From Narcine bancroftii (lineage: Eukaryota): a DNA stretch of 64,000 nt. How positions within the stretch are numbered: position 1 is the first letter of the stretch; the number at the start of each line of letters is the position of its first letter. Below the pieces are notes generated by a model. That model ran no database searches. It was not told where the DNA came from and was given only the letters and a program-made list of their open reading frames with translations. Shown piece after piece: positions 53,468 through 64,000 of this stretch. A program made the translations under genes and the position numbers. The DNA is taken from assembly GCF_036971445.1 (NCBI RefSeq), contig NC_091477.1:27652001-27716000 (forward strand), read 5' to 3'.

Positions 53468-56400
53468 GTGGGGATGGATGGATGAGTCACTTTTCTTATG
53501 GTATATGATTGTTATCTAGTACAAGTTGCTGTAGTACTATGGCGAATGTTTCATCTGGATGTGCTTTTGTTTTGGATTTTAAATGAAGTTTGTCACAATT
53601 TGCAGCTTTTAATACCATAAGAAAATGTGATTAAGCATAATTTAAAATATTTAATTAAGCACATAACACAATTTTTGCTTTAATTATGTTTTTGAGTATT
53701 GTAGGTAACCCGAAAAGCTACTTGCCATTTCAATAAATGTTCGGAACTTAGCTACTAGTATATCACCAAGAAATTAATTGTCTCCTTTCTATATCAGGGA
53801 TGCCCAAACCCTTGGTCATGTAATATCGGTCAAGACTGAGTGGAAGGCAGTGGGTTAAAATTCTTACAACCTAAGTGCACTTGCTGCTTTGTGCACAGAA
53901 GCCTTTGTGCATGCAGTGATAAGAAACTGCATACTGATTACTCAACATTTTGGCAAAATTTTACCATGAACTTGAGGCCTTAAAGAATACCAAAGGAGAC
54001 CTTAATGAGAGGATTGAGGTCTACTTTGAGTGCCTGACTATATTCCTAATGCTATCGTCTAGGGTGAAAATCTTCAGATTGTTGCATTTTACGATTGCAT
54101 CTTTTTTGCCTTGTTTGTTAAAATAATCCCTGTTTACCACCCCCCTCCCCGGGGGGGGGGGGGAAAGCTTCTCAGTGTCAGTCCTCTGAGATCCCCTGAC
54201 CCAACTGTGATTGCTTCCTCCACAATTGAGATGGGAGATGATGCTGGAACAGTCTCACTGCTTTGGATGACCTGGATGTTGTGCACAGTAGAATATCCAA
54301 AGTTTTCCTTTGAGTTAAGTTGCGGTTTACCACAGTCATTGTTTGGGTGTCCCTGCTCTAGATGTGTTCTTTGGATATGATGCAATTGTAGATAAGGGTG
54401 CAATAACTTGTACATTAAAGGGCAGTCCTATTTTCAAAGCACTTATGGCAAATAGTTTTTCAACCTCTTCAAAGTACCGTATGTGATTGACAGTCAAGTA
54501 CACAATTATTCCTCGTACAGTGACTTTCAACAATTTCCTTCCATGCCTGAGACCTTTTTGGTTAATCGGGCTGGAGAGTTGGGGCAAGGTCTCTCTCCTT
54601 GGCTGTGAATGAAATGATTTTTATTGCATAAAATGGCTTGGTATTAACCACTGGTTTGAGGATGGTGTACTTGCTGTTTGTGTTTAACTAAATTAAAAAC
54701 AAATCAATTAGTGGCAAAGTGGAATTGGAGGTGCTGTGGATGAGCTTTGGGCAGATTGCCAAAATGAGTAAACTTTGTAAAATGTTGCACCTGGCTTGTA
54801 ACAGTCCTAATATTGGACCTAAATGTGAAATTGACATGCACATCAATGGAAAGCTTCATGTCAACCAGCTTAATGTCTTCAAATTGACCTTAATTTGTTT
54901 AGCCTCCAAAATACAAATAGGATCTTTGTTCTTCTGATCTTTTTTCCATTATTTAAAAAAAAATTCTTTTGGCTATCCTCCTTCACCAAACTCTTGCTTC
55001 CTTACCCTGAAGCACTTATGCAAAAACACCAGTTTAGTTTGGAATCTTGATAATTTGTGTCTTGGCTCTTGATATTGTAAGGTAAATATTCTGACACCTG
55101 GGCAAAATAATTGATCCTCTGGTCTGGTCCATTATGATCTCAACCTTTATCAACTAGGTTTGACCACAATTTATTTAGCTGTTATTTAAATGATACTGTT
55201 ACGGCATTTTTGACTGTATTGGGTGGGTAAAGAATTTTGGAAATTGATAAATGTGCTACTGTACTTTTTTTAAAAAAAGGTTAAACTTGAAGATATTCAC
55301 AATTGCTGTTAAAGTATTCTTACAAATTGGAGTTTTAAATGGCAGTTTCTTTTCTTCTCTTTGCCTTGAAGTCCCATAAAAGGTAGCCTTGGATTTTCAT
55401 TAAATTGTTGTTTAATTCTGAGCAGACATTTGTTTCAATTTTAATATTCCTCCAGCATTCAGAGAAGCTGAAAAATTATAATAAAAATACTCCAGGGTTT
55501 GTGCTGGGATGGAGTTGTAAATGATGTTGATATATCTATCGACTACTGACTTGAAGACCTCTTGAATGGAAGTGATAGGGAAACCTACTAATGAATGGCA
55601 AATGGGTTCTGTCACTGGTTTGTGAGGAATGTAATACCTGTATTTCTAATGTGAGAGATCATTAGCTGCCAGTAAAAGTTGTAATTCTTTTAATGAATTA
55701 GAATTTGGCAAACTTCTTTTGCTATTATGTGGCAAGACTACACAAATTGGTTTCTATAACTGGAAGATGGTTGTCATATTGTATTTCAAACTTTTCCCTA
55801 CTTCACTTCCTGTTTAATGATGTATCCTATTTGTATATGGAGTTTGAACAAATCCACTAACTCTCCATCTATACATATAGTCATCCTTGTTCTTTGAAAG
55901 AAATTACACTTCCACAAAGAATTAATGTCTTTTGTCACCTCTGGCATAAATTTTATTTCATTCTTGGCAGTTGAAAAAAAGCTTCAATTTAGATTGAAGC
56001 ACTGGATAGGAAATTATTAAAGGCAAAGTTAAAGGGTCAAAATGCTAATTGGCTCCTATGAGCACTAGATCACAAATGACTACCCTCTTCCATATTTTCT
56101 TTATATGTGGAGGTTGAAGATCATTCAAAGAATGAATTTTCTGTATGATATACAATCCACTGAACTGCAGCTTAGGACAAGAATGTGGTTTTATCTAAAC
56201 CCATTGAAAGCAAAATATTAATTTTAAGAATGCTTCATAACTTGTTTGTTGCAAAAATATCTTCTCAAGTTGTCATAGTTTCAGTAATGGTATAATGTTG
56301 AAGTATCTTTTTATTCCAAAATCTGAACTTGCAACTTGAGGTTTTGAAAAGCATTTGAAATATACAATCATCTTTTTTAATTTATAATTATTTACATGGA

Positions 56401-56565
56401 CAATTTGTATTTTAATGCTATTGTTAAAATAAGTTGTGGTCTATGGTCTTAAATATTTTATGGGAAGTGCATGTTTATGGTATTTTACATTGCAGTGTAC
56501 AATTAACATTTTGTGTACAGATCAACCAAAATTAAAATGTTTAAATATGCTGCATAATCTTTTAG

Positions 56566-56744
56566 GTATATTGAAATTTTCAAGAGTAGTCGGGCTGAAG
56601 TGCGAACCCACTATGATCCTCCACGGAAGTTGATGGGTGGTCAAAGACCTGGTCCTTACGATAGACCGATGGCTGGGAGAGTTTATGGTATTCCCAATAG
56701 AATTGGATCGTATGAGAAGATGAGACGTGGAGTGTATGGTGGTG
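56566..56744 (+). CDS. hnrnph1: hnRNP H1 coding exon 5
   Basis: [34 protein letters not shown]...MRRGVYGG (PY-NLS region); 179 nt. Confidence 0.95.
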
Positions 56745-57402
56745 GTAAGCAATTGAAGGGGAGATTGGCTGTAGTTTTAATAGTGCAGACTATTTTAATG
56801 TAGACCACTAAGTAGCTATGAGTAATAATGAAGACTTAATTGGTGAGCATGGTTTAAACTAGACAATACTATCTAAGTAATCCACTGATAATAGAATATC
56901 CAAATTTCTAATGTGTCCAGTCACTGCCTTGTGACTGGTCATCAACTATTGTTATTTTTTAAATGGTGATTAGCATGGAGAGCCCTGTATGAAAGGGGCT
57001 TTTTTTTTTTGCAGCCTGTTCAGGTGTGCTTCATGTTTAGTCCAATATAGCTTGTTTCACCATAAAGGGGCAGTCTTCAAAAATCTGTTTGATCTTGGCC
57101 TTAATTACCACAAGGATGAATTTGGTTAAGACATCCAGTTTCCAGTTGCTGTAATGCAACATCATTTGCTAAAGGGTCCTGACCCTAAACATTGACCATT
57201 TCTACCCAAGGATGTTGTCTGACTTGCTGAATTTCTTGAGATTGTTTGCCCAAGATTCCAGCATCTGCAGTTTTTGATTTTCACCTTCATTTGAAGCTGA
57301 GTTAATGATATTTTAATTGGTTATATTTGGAACTGAATTAGTAGCAAGTTAAGAATATACAGTTGAGGTAATGAGTGTCTAAAGTTTATTTTTTTTTACC
57401 AG

Positions 57403-57483
57403 GTTATGGGAGTTACGACGATTACAATGGATATGGTGATGCCTATGGCTATGGGTCTGACCATGGATATGGTCGTGATAGAG
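57403..57483 (+). CDS. hnrnph1: hnRNP H1 coding exon 6 (GYR-rich)
   Basis: GYGSYDDYNGYGDAYGYGSDHGYGRDR; 81 nt; ccag| and |gtaagt. Confidence 0.9.
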
Positions 57484-57561
57484 GTAAGTTGTTTTAGCTG
57501 GTTAAATTATAGAACTTAAATATGTATGTAATCAAAATCTAATTGTATGTTGCTTCGACAG

Positions 57562-57674
57562 CATTGACTGCACAAGCATATGCAGCCACCGATTCTAGCT
57601 TTCAAACTACAACTGGTCATTGTGTGCACATGAGAGGGCTGCCTTTTCGCGCTACAGAAAACGATATCTGCAAT
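57562..57674 (+). CDS. hnrnph1: hnRNP H1 coding exon 7
   Basis: [38 protein letters not shown] (start of qRRM3). Confidence 0.9.
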
Positions 57675-58189
57675 GTAAGTTGGATTGTTTTTGTATGCTT
57701 CATTTATGGTGCCCTTTTTGATTGCTGAAAGTCTGCATGGTTTTCCCAGCATTTTCTGATAGTTTTTAAACAAGTCTGTATTTGAGATGGTTCTTGAGAA
57801 AATTTCTAAGTAATGTATATTCTGGGATTGATTGCAAATCTGTCTCATAACATCTGATTTTTTTCTATAGGAAAAATCGAGCATTTGTAAACAAACTATA
57901 AATTATGTGTTTAATCTTGTTTTCAACTAACATTTTTGTATTTAGGGCAGAGTTTGGGCTCTTGAAAATTGACCAATGATAACATTTTAACGTATGATTA
58001 AAGAAAATTTGTAAAGAATTGCTTGGCTGTGCTCTGAAATATTGGATTTGTGAATCCCTTGATGCATGCAATTTGATGACAGATTTGGGGCTGCCTTTGT
58101 ATACTTGTACTTCTGAAGTAATTGATATCTTCTCCTGTGCCCTCTTCCCTGGAATCCACGTTAAAATATATTTTGTCTTCTCGCTTCAG

Positions 58190-58325
58190 TTTTTCTCGCC
58201 ACTGAACCCAGTAAGAGTCCACATAGAAATTGGTTCTGATGGTAGAGTTACAGGAGAAGCTGATGTTGAGTTTGCCACCCATGAGGATGCTGTGGCTGCA
58301 ATGTCAAAAGACAAAGCCCATATGC
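58190..58325 (+). CDS. hnrnph1: hnRNP H1 coding exon 8
   Basis: [45 protein letters not shown]; 136 nt. Confidence 0.95.
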
Positions 58326-58402
58326 GTAAGTTGAGAACCAAGCTTTGTAGTGAATTGTAATGGAAGTACAACATTGGCTAATTTTTCTCTCTTGTTTTAA
58401 AG

Positions 58403-58483
58403 AGCATAGATATGTAGAACTCTTCCTGAACTCTACTTCTGGAGGAAGTGGCAGTAGCTATGCAGCTCAGCTTGCAGCATTGG
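58403..58483 (+). CDS. hnrnph1: hnRNP H1 coding exon 9
   Basis: QHRYVELFLNSTSGGSGSSYAAQLAAL; |gtgagt donor. Confidence 0.9.
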
Positions 58484-58906
58484 GTGAGTAGAGATGTAAT
58501 CTATTTTTTAAAAAAAAGCTTTTGTCTGCAGGTGACTGTTTTATTAACATTAGATGCATTAGTGAAATTATTGCATGATAGAAGATCTAACTTTTTTAGG
58601 GTAAAAGTCAGTATAACTTGACTTGATCTTTGTAAATTTTGAACATTTATTTTTGGTAAGATTTTGTAAGGATACCTTTTACTGTGGTTTATCAGAATGT
58701 AGTTTCTGGTAGCTTTATTGGTAGGTCAAGCTAATTTTTTTGTCTTTCTGTCACTGATCAGTAATTTTCATTGGTCAAGGAAAATTGTTGCTATTTTACT
58801 TTCTGACTGCTGCAGCATTTCTGAATATAAATGACTCTGATTTTGGGATAATGCCTTTGAGAGAATTTGTATAAAAGGTTCTAATTGTTTTGAGTGGCTA
58901 TTTTAG

Positions 58907-59011
58907 GAAGCCAATCAAGTTATGCAAGCCCAAGCTATGGCAGTCCTAGTAGCCAACAATTAAGCACTGGATATGGTGTTTATGGAAGTCAAGCAAGCTT
59001 GAGTGCATATG
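58907..59011 (+). CDS. hnrnph1: hnRNP H1 coding exon 10 (GY-rich)
   Basis: GSQSSYASPSYGSPSSQQLSTGYGVYGSQASLSAY; 105 nt. Confidence 0.88.
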
Positions 59012-59103
59012 GTGAGTATCTAATACATTTCTACCAGCCTTTAAGTCTGACCTTTTTGTGAAAGTGCAGAGGAAAACCTTTTGATTTTCAGACTATTTTG
59101 CAG

Positions 59104-59213
59104 GTAGCCAAGCTGGAATGAATGGAAGTTACTACGGAACTGGAACCAGAGCATCTATGGGAATGAATGGCATGGGTGCAATGTCAAGCATGAGTGGTGG
59201 GTGGGGGATGTAA
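59104..59213 (+). CDS. hnrnph1: hnRNP H1 terminal coding exon
   Basis: GSQAGMNGSYYGTGTRASMGMNGMGAMSSMSGGWGM*; the joined CDS is 1335 nt (444 aa). Candidate AATAAA at about 59821 and 59961. Confidence 0.87.
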
Positions 59214-61630
59214 CACTTTCATTATTTAACAGATGTGAATTACCAGCTTAAACTTGGTTATGCTTATGAAATGTGAATTCAGTATATGCATTCCTTTCAT
59301 TATGGCTAGAATTCAGCATAAGCCTTTTCCTATGTTGACAGATTCTAGGGTGGTACCAGTGTGTTCATTCCCTGACTTTAGTTTTAAACTTGAGTATCAT
59401 TTTAGTATTTGGGCTCTAGTTATTGAAATTTGCATGTTGTGTAACTTGTTACACAAGGGCAGTATGCTACTTTTGTGGGCTTGATTTGTTGTTTTTTTTA
59501 TCAAGCACACAAAGTACATTGCATCTTTACTGGTACCAATCAATTTGGCCTTCAGGACTAATCATTTAAATTCCCAGTATGATGGGATTGGAACCCCAAT
59601 GTTAAGTTTAATTGGCTGTGTAGTATGGTTTACTGTATAAAAATGTAATGTGGTAGTACATTAAATATAAAATTCATTGAAACTATAAACACTGGTGGGT
59701 GTAAAGTGAGAACAATTATGTGCTTATTTGTTGCTTGACTTTTTTTTTTATTTGTCTAAAGTCTCTGGTTTACTTTTTTAGAAAGTCAATGATGAAGCAT
59801 TTTTGGATGCTCTACGACAAAATAAATTTTAATGTAGAATTTTTCTTTAGACTGTTGTAGGGTTTAATCTTCAAGTCTCAAAACATCTGAGACTTCATGG
59901 TATCTGACAAGTCACTTCTGTTCAAATTTGTAAGGTGCAAAGTGGAAAAAAAACTCACTCAATAAAGCTTTGCTGTTTTTAAAGTATAGTGCAAAATTGA
60001 TTATTTTGAAATGTAAGACTTCTGGAGTGTACTGCAAATATATTAAGTGGCAACATATTTCATGGGAATTATGGTTTGTATTATAGTCTGTTGTAAGGCA
60101 AATATTCACTATTACCAGAAATTGCACCTTGACCCTCAGTCAGGGAGCTTTCAGCCACACAGACTCCAGTCCAAATCAGCAGCCTGAGGTCCAGATCCAA
60201 ACCTTTAGCACCCTGGTTCTGATACCTGCTTCCCCTTCAGCTGGCTGCTCCATTTTTTTCTGGTCAGCCTTCTTCATACCCTGGAATCTGCAACCCCTTG
60301 TAGGTGCTGCCATCTTGGGTCCAGGCCCTATAGTTGCAGGATTTTCAAAATAAACCTGTCACCTCCTTTAAAAGACCATTAAAGCATAACAAATGTAACG
60401 GGCCATGTGGTTAGACCATGCAGGGGTGCACAGTCTTTCCCAAATGTTCTGCTTTGACTAGTGTTAATTTGTAGGGATATCATGGAATGTTGAAGAATGG
60501 AACAATAAGTTGGTTCATTTTTTAATCGATCTGCAGGGAATTCACAGCTGTTGTAGATGAGTTGATACTTCACAGCAAGGAGGCGTGAAGTGACTGGTGG
60601 CAGTGACTAAGCAATATTTAAGTCTAAGACACCTAAGAAACACTTATCCAATTTAAAGTTTTATTTAACATGTTTAAAGACCCACATGGAAACATGCAGT
60701 GGCCCACCAGTAATAAACCAAAATAGAACAGGAAATAATTAAGTAGCTCTACTATTCTGCATTAATTTTAAAAGTAGACAAATCCATTTAACTTGTAAGC
60801 AAGGATAAGTGATTATTAAAATGTATCCAGTTCTCAAGTATTAGTGTAGAAATGCAAGTGCAGCAATAAAACAAAGCAAAATCAATTTACATATTTGATA
60901 TTTGTTTCAGGGCAACTTGCAACAAATTTCATGGGAAGATTAAATTTGATAAGATAAAAACCTTAAGATCAAGACTGCTAACTGCAGGAACCTTTTCAGA
61001 TACATCAGAAAACCAGGCACCTTATTTTTTCCAGACGTAACAATTTTTGTCCAGAGGACCTTTTGCTGTAAATGGACTTGTTCTTCAACATACAATTTTA
61101 ATTGTGTACAAGTGTTGTTCATGATCAGTGAAAGTCAAAGTTCAAATTATGGCAGATTGTGTTTAGCAAAAGAGTACAGAAGTTTGAAAATATTACAAGG
61201 TAACATGCAAAACTTAATAACAGGTATAACAGAATTGAATACTTAAATATATTGTCCTGTTTATGATGCTATGTTCCTTACACGCAGTTTTGCAAACTTT
61301 TAGTCAATAACAAAGGCACAGCAACCATAGCTTTGAATTACACCTACACTGTAAAACCATTTAACATTTGTCATTAGCACTATTTACAGGAGTAATGGGA
61401 AAATGGATGAAAGATCCAGTTTAATTTTAAAATCATTGACAAAATGTGTAAAGCAAAAGGTTATTTAATCCATCTTTTCAAACTACTTGGTCAATGTCGT
61501 GTTTGGATAGATGGAAATTTAAACTGGACTGCCAGAACCAATGGGCTTTGAACTTGATGACTTTACTGATGCAGTAGAGTTGAAACAAGCAGGCACCAAG
61601 AGTTGGTACAATTCTGCTGTCTTCACCTTT

Positions 61631-61774
61631 TCAGGAAGCATTTGAAGAATATCGTTGTAGTAATATTGTATGGCAACCGTCACAGACCCGAACAGGCTTT
61701 GGGTAAGAGGGAAGTGCCAATTCATTACTGGAACAATTGTTGCAGAAAATATCACCACAATTTCTACAGTGATG
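61631..61774 (-). CDS. rufy1: RUFY1 last coding exon (FYVE domain C-terminal part)
   Basis: [47 protein letters not shown]; acceptor cctag|. The paralog call rests on adjacency to hnRNP H1. Confidence 0.9.
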   Translation of the reverse strand, partial: HHCRNCGDIFCNNCSSNELALPSYPKPVRVCDGCHTILLQRYSSNAS

Positions 61775-62860
61775 CTAGGTAGGAAGGGAGAAAAAAAAAC
61801 ACGATTAGAAACAATTTGAATCATTATTTTAGATGTTTACTAACCATTCAGCAACTGATGCTGGATTACAAGACATATTACAGCCAAAATCTACACAGGG
61901 CTGAATAAATGTTTGGACCAAAAGCTTTGATGTATTTCACTTTACAGCACTCTTAAATGGGTATAAGTTATCAATCAATCAATAAATGCAAAGTCTGAAC
62001 ATTGTGGATCTGCTTGGCCCAAATTCATTTAGTTAAGTCACAAAGTGAACCTGACAAAAATAGGAGTTTTTAAACAAATATCAAGTTTAGAGTAGATTAA
62101 CAACAGGGGAAGATGCAGAGTTCCAGAGATTAGTTATCAGCAATATTAAATTCCAAGAAAATCTCATGGAGGGAATTAAGATGGTTAGTGGAAGGCTCTG
62201 GAAGAATGAAAAAAGTGACCATTTAAAATCTATTTCAAGTAAACTAATGTAGATCTACGAGCACAGCAAAATGGCTGAAAAGATTGGCCTCTACTTAACC
62301 ACTGAAAAGTCTCCATTGTCCTAAGACATCATCTAAAAGGTGACAAAGGACCATTTCTCAAGCATCAGTGAATGGTTCAACAGATAGCAGGCATAAGGTT
62401 TGTGGTGGAGCACACAAACTGATTGCTCTTCCCAATAGAGGAGGAAATTTACACTTAGCAAGCAATGGTTCTTCAACTTGTTAAAAGTTCAGCACAAAAG
62501 GACTAGAGTGAAGTATTAAATCTCAACCAACAAATTAACACTAGTTATCAAATGAAAGCCACAGGCAAGGATAGGAAGCAGCTTTTGATATTCATTCTGC
62601 ATAATTTCTGCCATCTCCCAGCAAATGGATTTGCATTTCAGAGCCCTGAAAAAGAGGAAAAAGGTGGGGGGGAGGGAAGCATAAGAGACAACAGATGCCA
62701 CCAATAACATCAATACAAGAAAGAAGGATGTGTGCAGGCATGCAAGGCAAAAGTCAAGATTAGCATTACCTAATTATAATTTGCCAACATTATAACTTAA
62801 AACCAATTTGGTCCTAGAGAAGTGGTCGAGTTGAAGATTCTATATCAACTTCAGCAATAC

Positions 62861-62938
62861 CTTTCTTCTGGAGATTGAGAATTCCTTCTCACATTGTTTA
62901 CAAGATGTTGCTTCATCATCTTTAAGCCAGGCATTTCC
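62861..62938 (-). CDS. rufy1: RUFY1 penultimate exon (FYVE WxxD...RRK)
   Basis: [26 protein letters not shown]; 78 nt; canonical sites. Confidence 0.9.
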
Positions 62939-63226
62939 CTGTCAATAAACCAATTTTTCCAGCATGGATTAAAAGGAAGCAAGTGATGATCAACTTGATT
63001 GTAATTAATTATTACTATTTTTTTATTTTGTACTTTATTAATGAAATGCTAGTTACTCAGGGGAACAAGATAATTTTAACACTTAAGTCTTGAATTACCT
63101 CACAAACATTACCAAGCTAAATTAAGTGATTGGAACTTTAATAAAATGTGGGGAGGGGGTGGAGGAAAGAATGAATACACATCAAATCCCAGAATTAACA
63201 AGGTTGAAAACAATATCAGACAGTAC

Positions 63227-63275
63227 CTTTAATGCTTTATGGACCTCTTTAATATCTTCCATTTTTAATTTTGAT
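63227..63275 (-). CDS. rufy1: RUFY1 exon (end of coiled coil); the gene continues beyond the window
   Basis: SKLKMEDIKEVHKALK; 49 nt; cctag| and |gtactg. Confidence 0.87.
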
Positions 63276-64000
63276 CTAGGGAAAAAGTTGATAGTAATCT
63301 GACAATAAGAATGACTGACAGCTTTATCAAATCTATTTAAAAATTCTATATGAAATACCTACTTAAAATCAACATTTTTGTTCATTTTTAAAACATAATT
63401 ATGAACAAAACAATCCTTGGCCCTTCCCAATTGTCACAACCTGCCAACCAGAGATGGGTTCCATCTCTGTGTTCTGTCGAATAATATCTTCAATCCATGT
63501 CAGTATTCTGCATTGTGTTCAATATTACCCTGAATATAACCTTAATCAAAAAGTGTTCTGGAAATCCAGAGATTAATGCATGTCTTTTTTGATTGCTAAA
63601 ATGCTTTTCTTGAAAGTTCCATTCAGAAGGCTGGTTAATACTTTAGAAATTGCAATTAAGATTGAGTAAATTGGTTTCAGGAGGGTATTTTTGCTTTATA
63701 TAACAATATGTAGACTGGGAATCCATTCTTTAGCAAAATTCTACAAGAGCCCAACAGCCTAGATGTTCCACTTGATTTATTAGAATTGGGTCATAGTTTT
63801 AGAATAAGAGAATAGTATTGGAACTAGGTGAGCTATCAACTATTTCAATGAACAGCTAGACCAGTTTCATGGCTGTATGGGATAACACTTTCTTTTAATA
63901 TTCTTAAACTTTCATTCAAAATCATTTAGCAAAATTTAAAATTCACTGGCTTGGTAATTTTTTTCTTCTGTATTTAAAGTTAAATTAATACCAAGAACAA

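Noticed and set aside
45680-59213. Calling the gene hnRNP F, H2, H3 or GRSF1
   Set aside because: The multi-exon CDS with three qRRMs, H1-type exon sizes (156/144/139/179/136), no mitochondrial leader, and adjacency to a FYVE-containing RUFY gene favour hnRNP H1.

Overview
AT-rich, repeat-dense vertebrate genomic DNA. The repeat families (CR1, L1, RTE, Rex/Babar, Penelope-like, V-SINE-like, hAT and Tc/mariner MITEs, Gypsy) suggest a cartilaginous fish; this is inference. Four host genes can be read from splice-bounded exons. (1) One SLC4A bicarbonate-transporter-like coding exon on the minus strand (2025-2299). (2) A complete 7-exon deoxycytidine kinase gene, probably the dCK2 paralog (minus, 29045-35587, 264 aa). 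(3) A complete hnRNP H1 gene (plus, non-coding exon 1 near 42.8 kb, 11 coding exons 45680-59213, 444 aa). (4) The last three coding exons of RUFY1 (minus, 61631-63275). The order RUFY-hnRNPH-DCK-SLC4A mirrors the human RUFY3-GRSF1-(MOB1B)-DCK-SLC4A4 block. The region from about 7 to 27 kb is a nest of transposons, including a full-length decayed Gypsy element with a tRNA-Trp PBS inserted inside an L1. The most notable items are a young 3.9-kb L1 that landed in what was a 94-nt dck intron, the G-run-flanked frame-shifting autoregulatory exon of hnRNP H1, the possible slc4a9-like exon, and a hAT MITE filled with inverted SINE-like ends. I found no CRISPR array, no rRNA or tRNA gene, and no convincingly novel multi-gene system.
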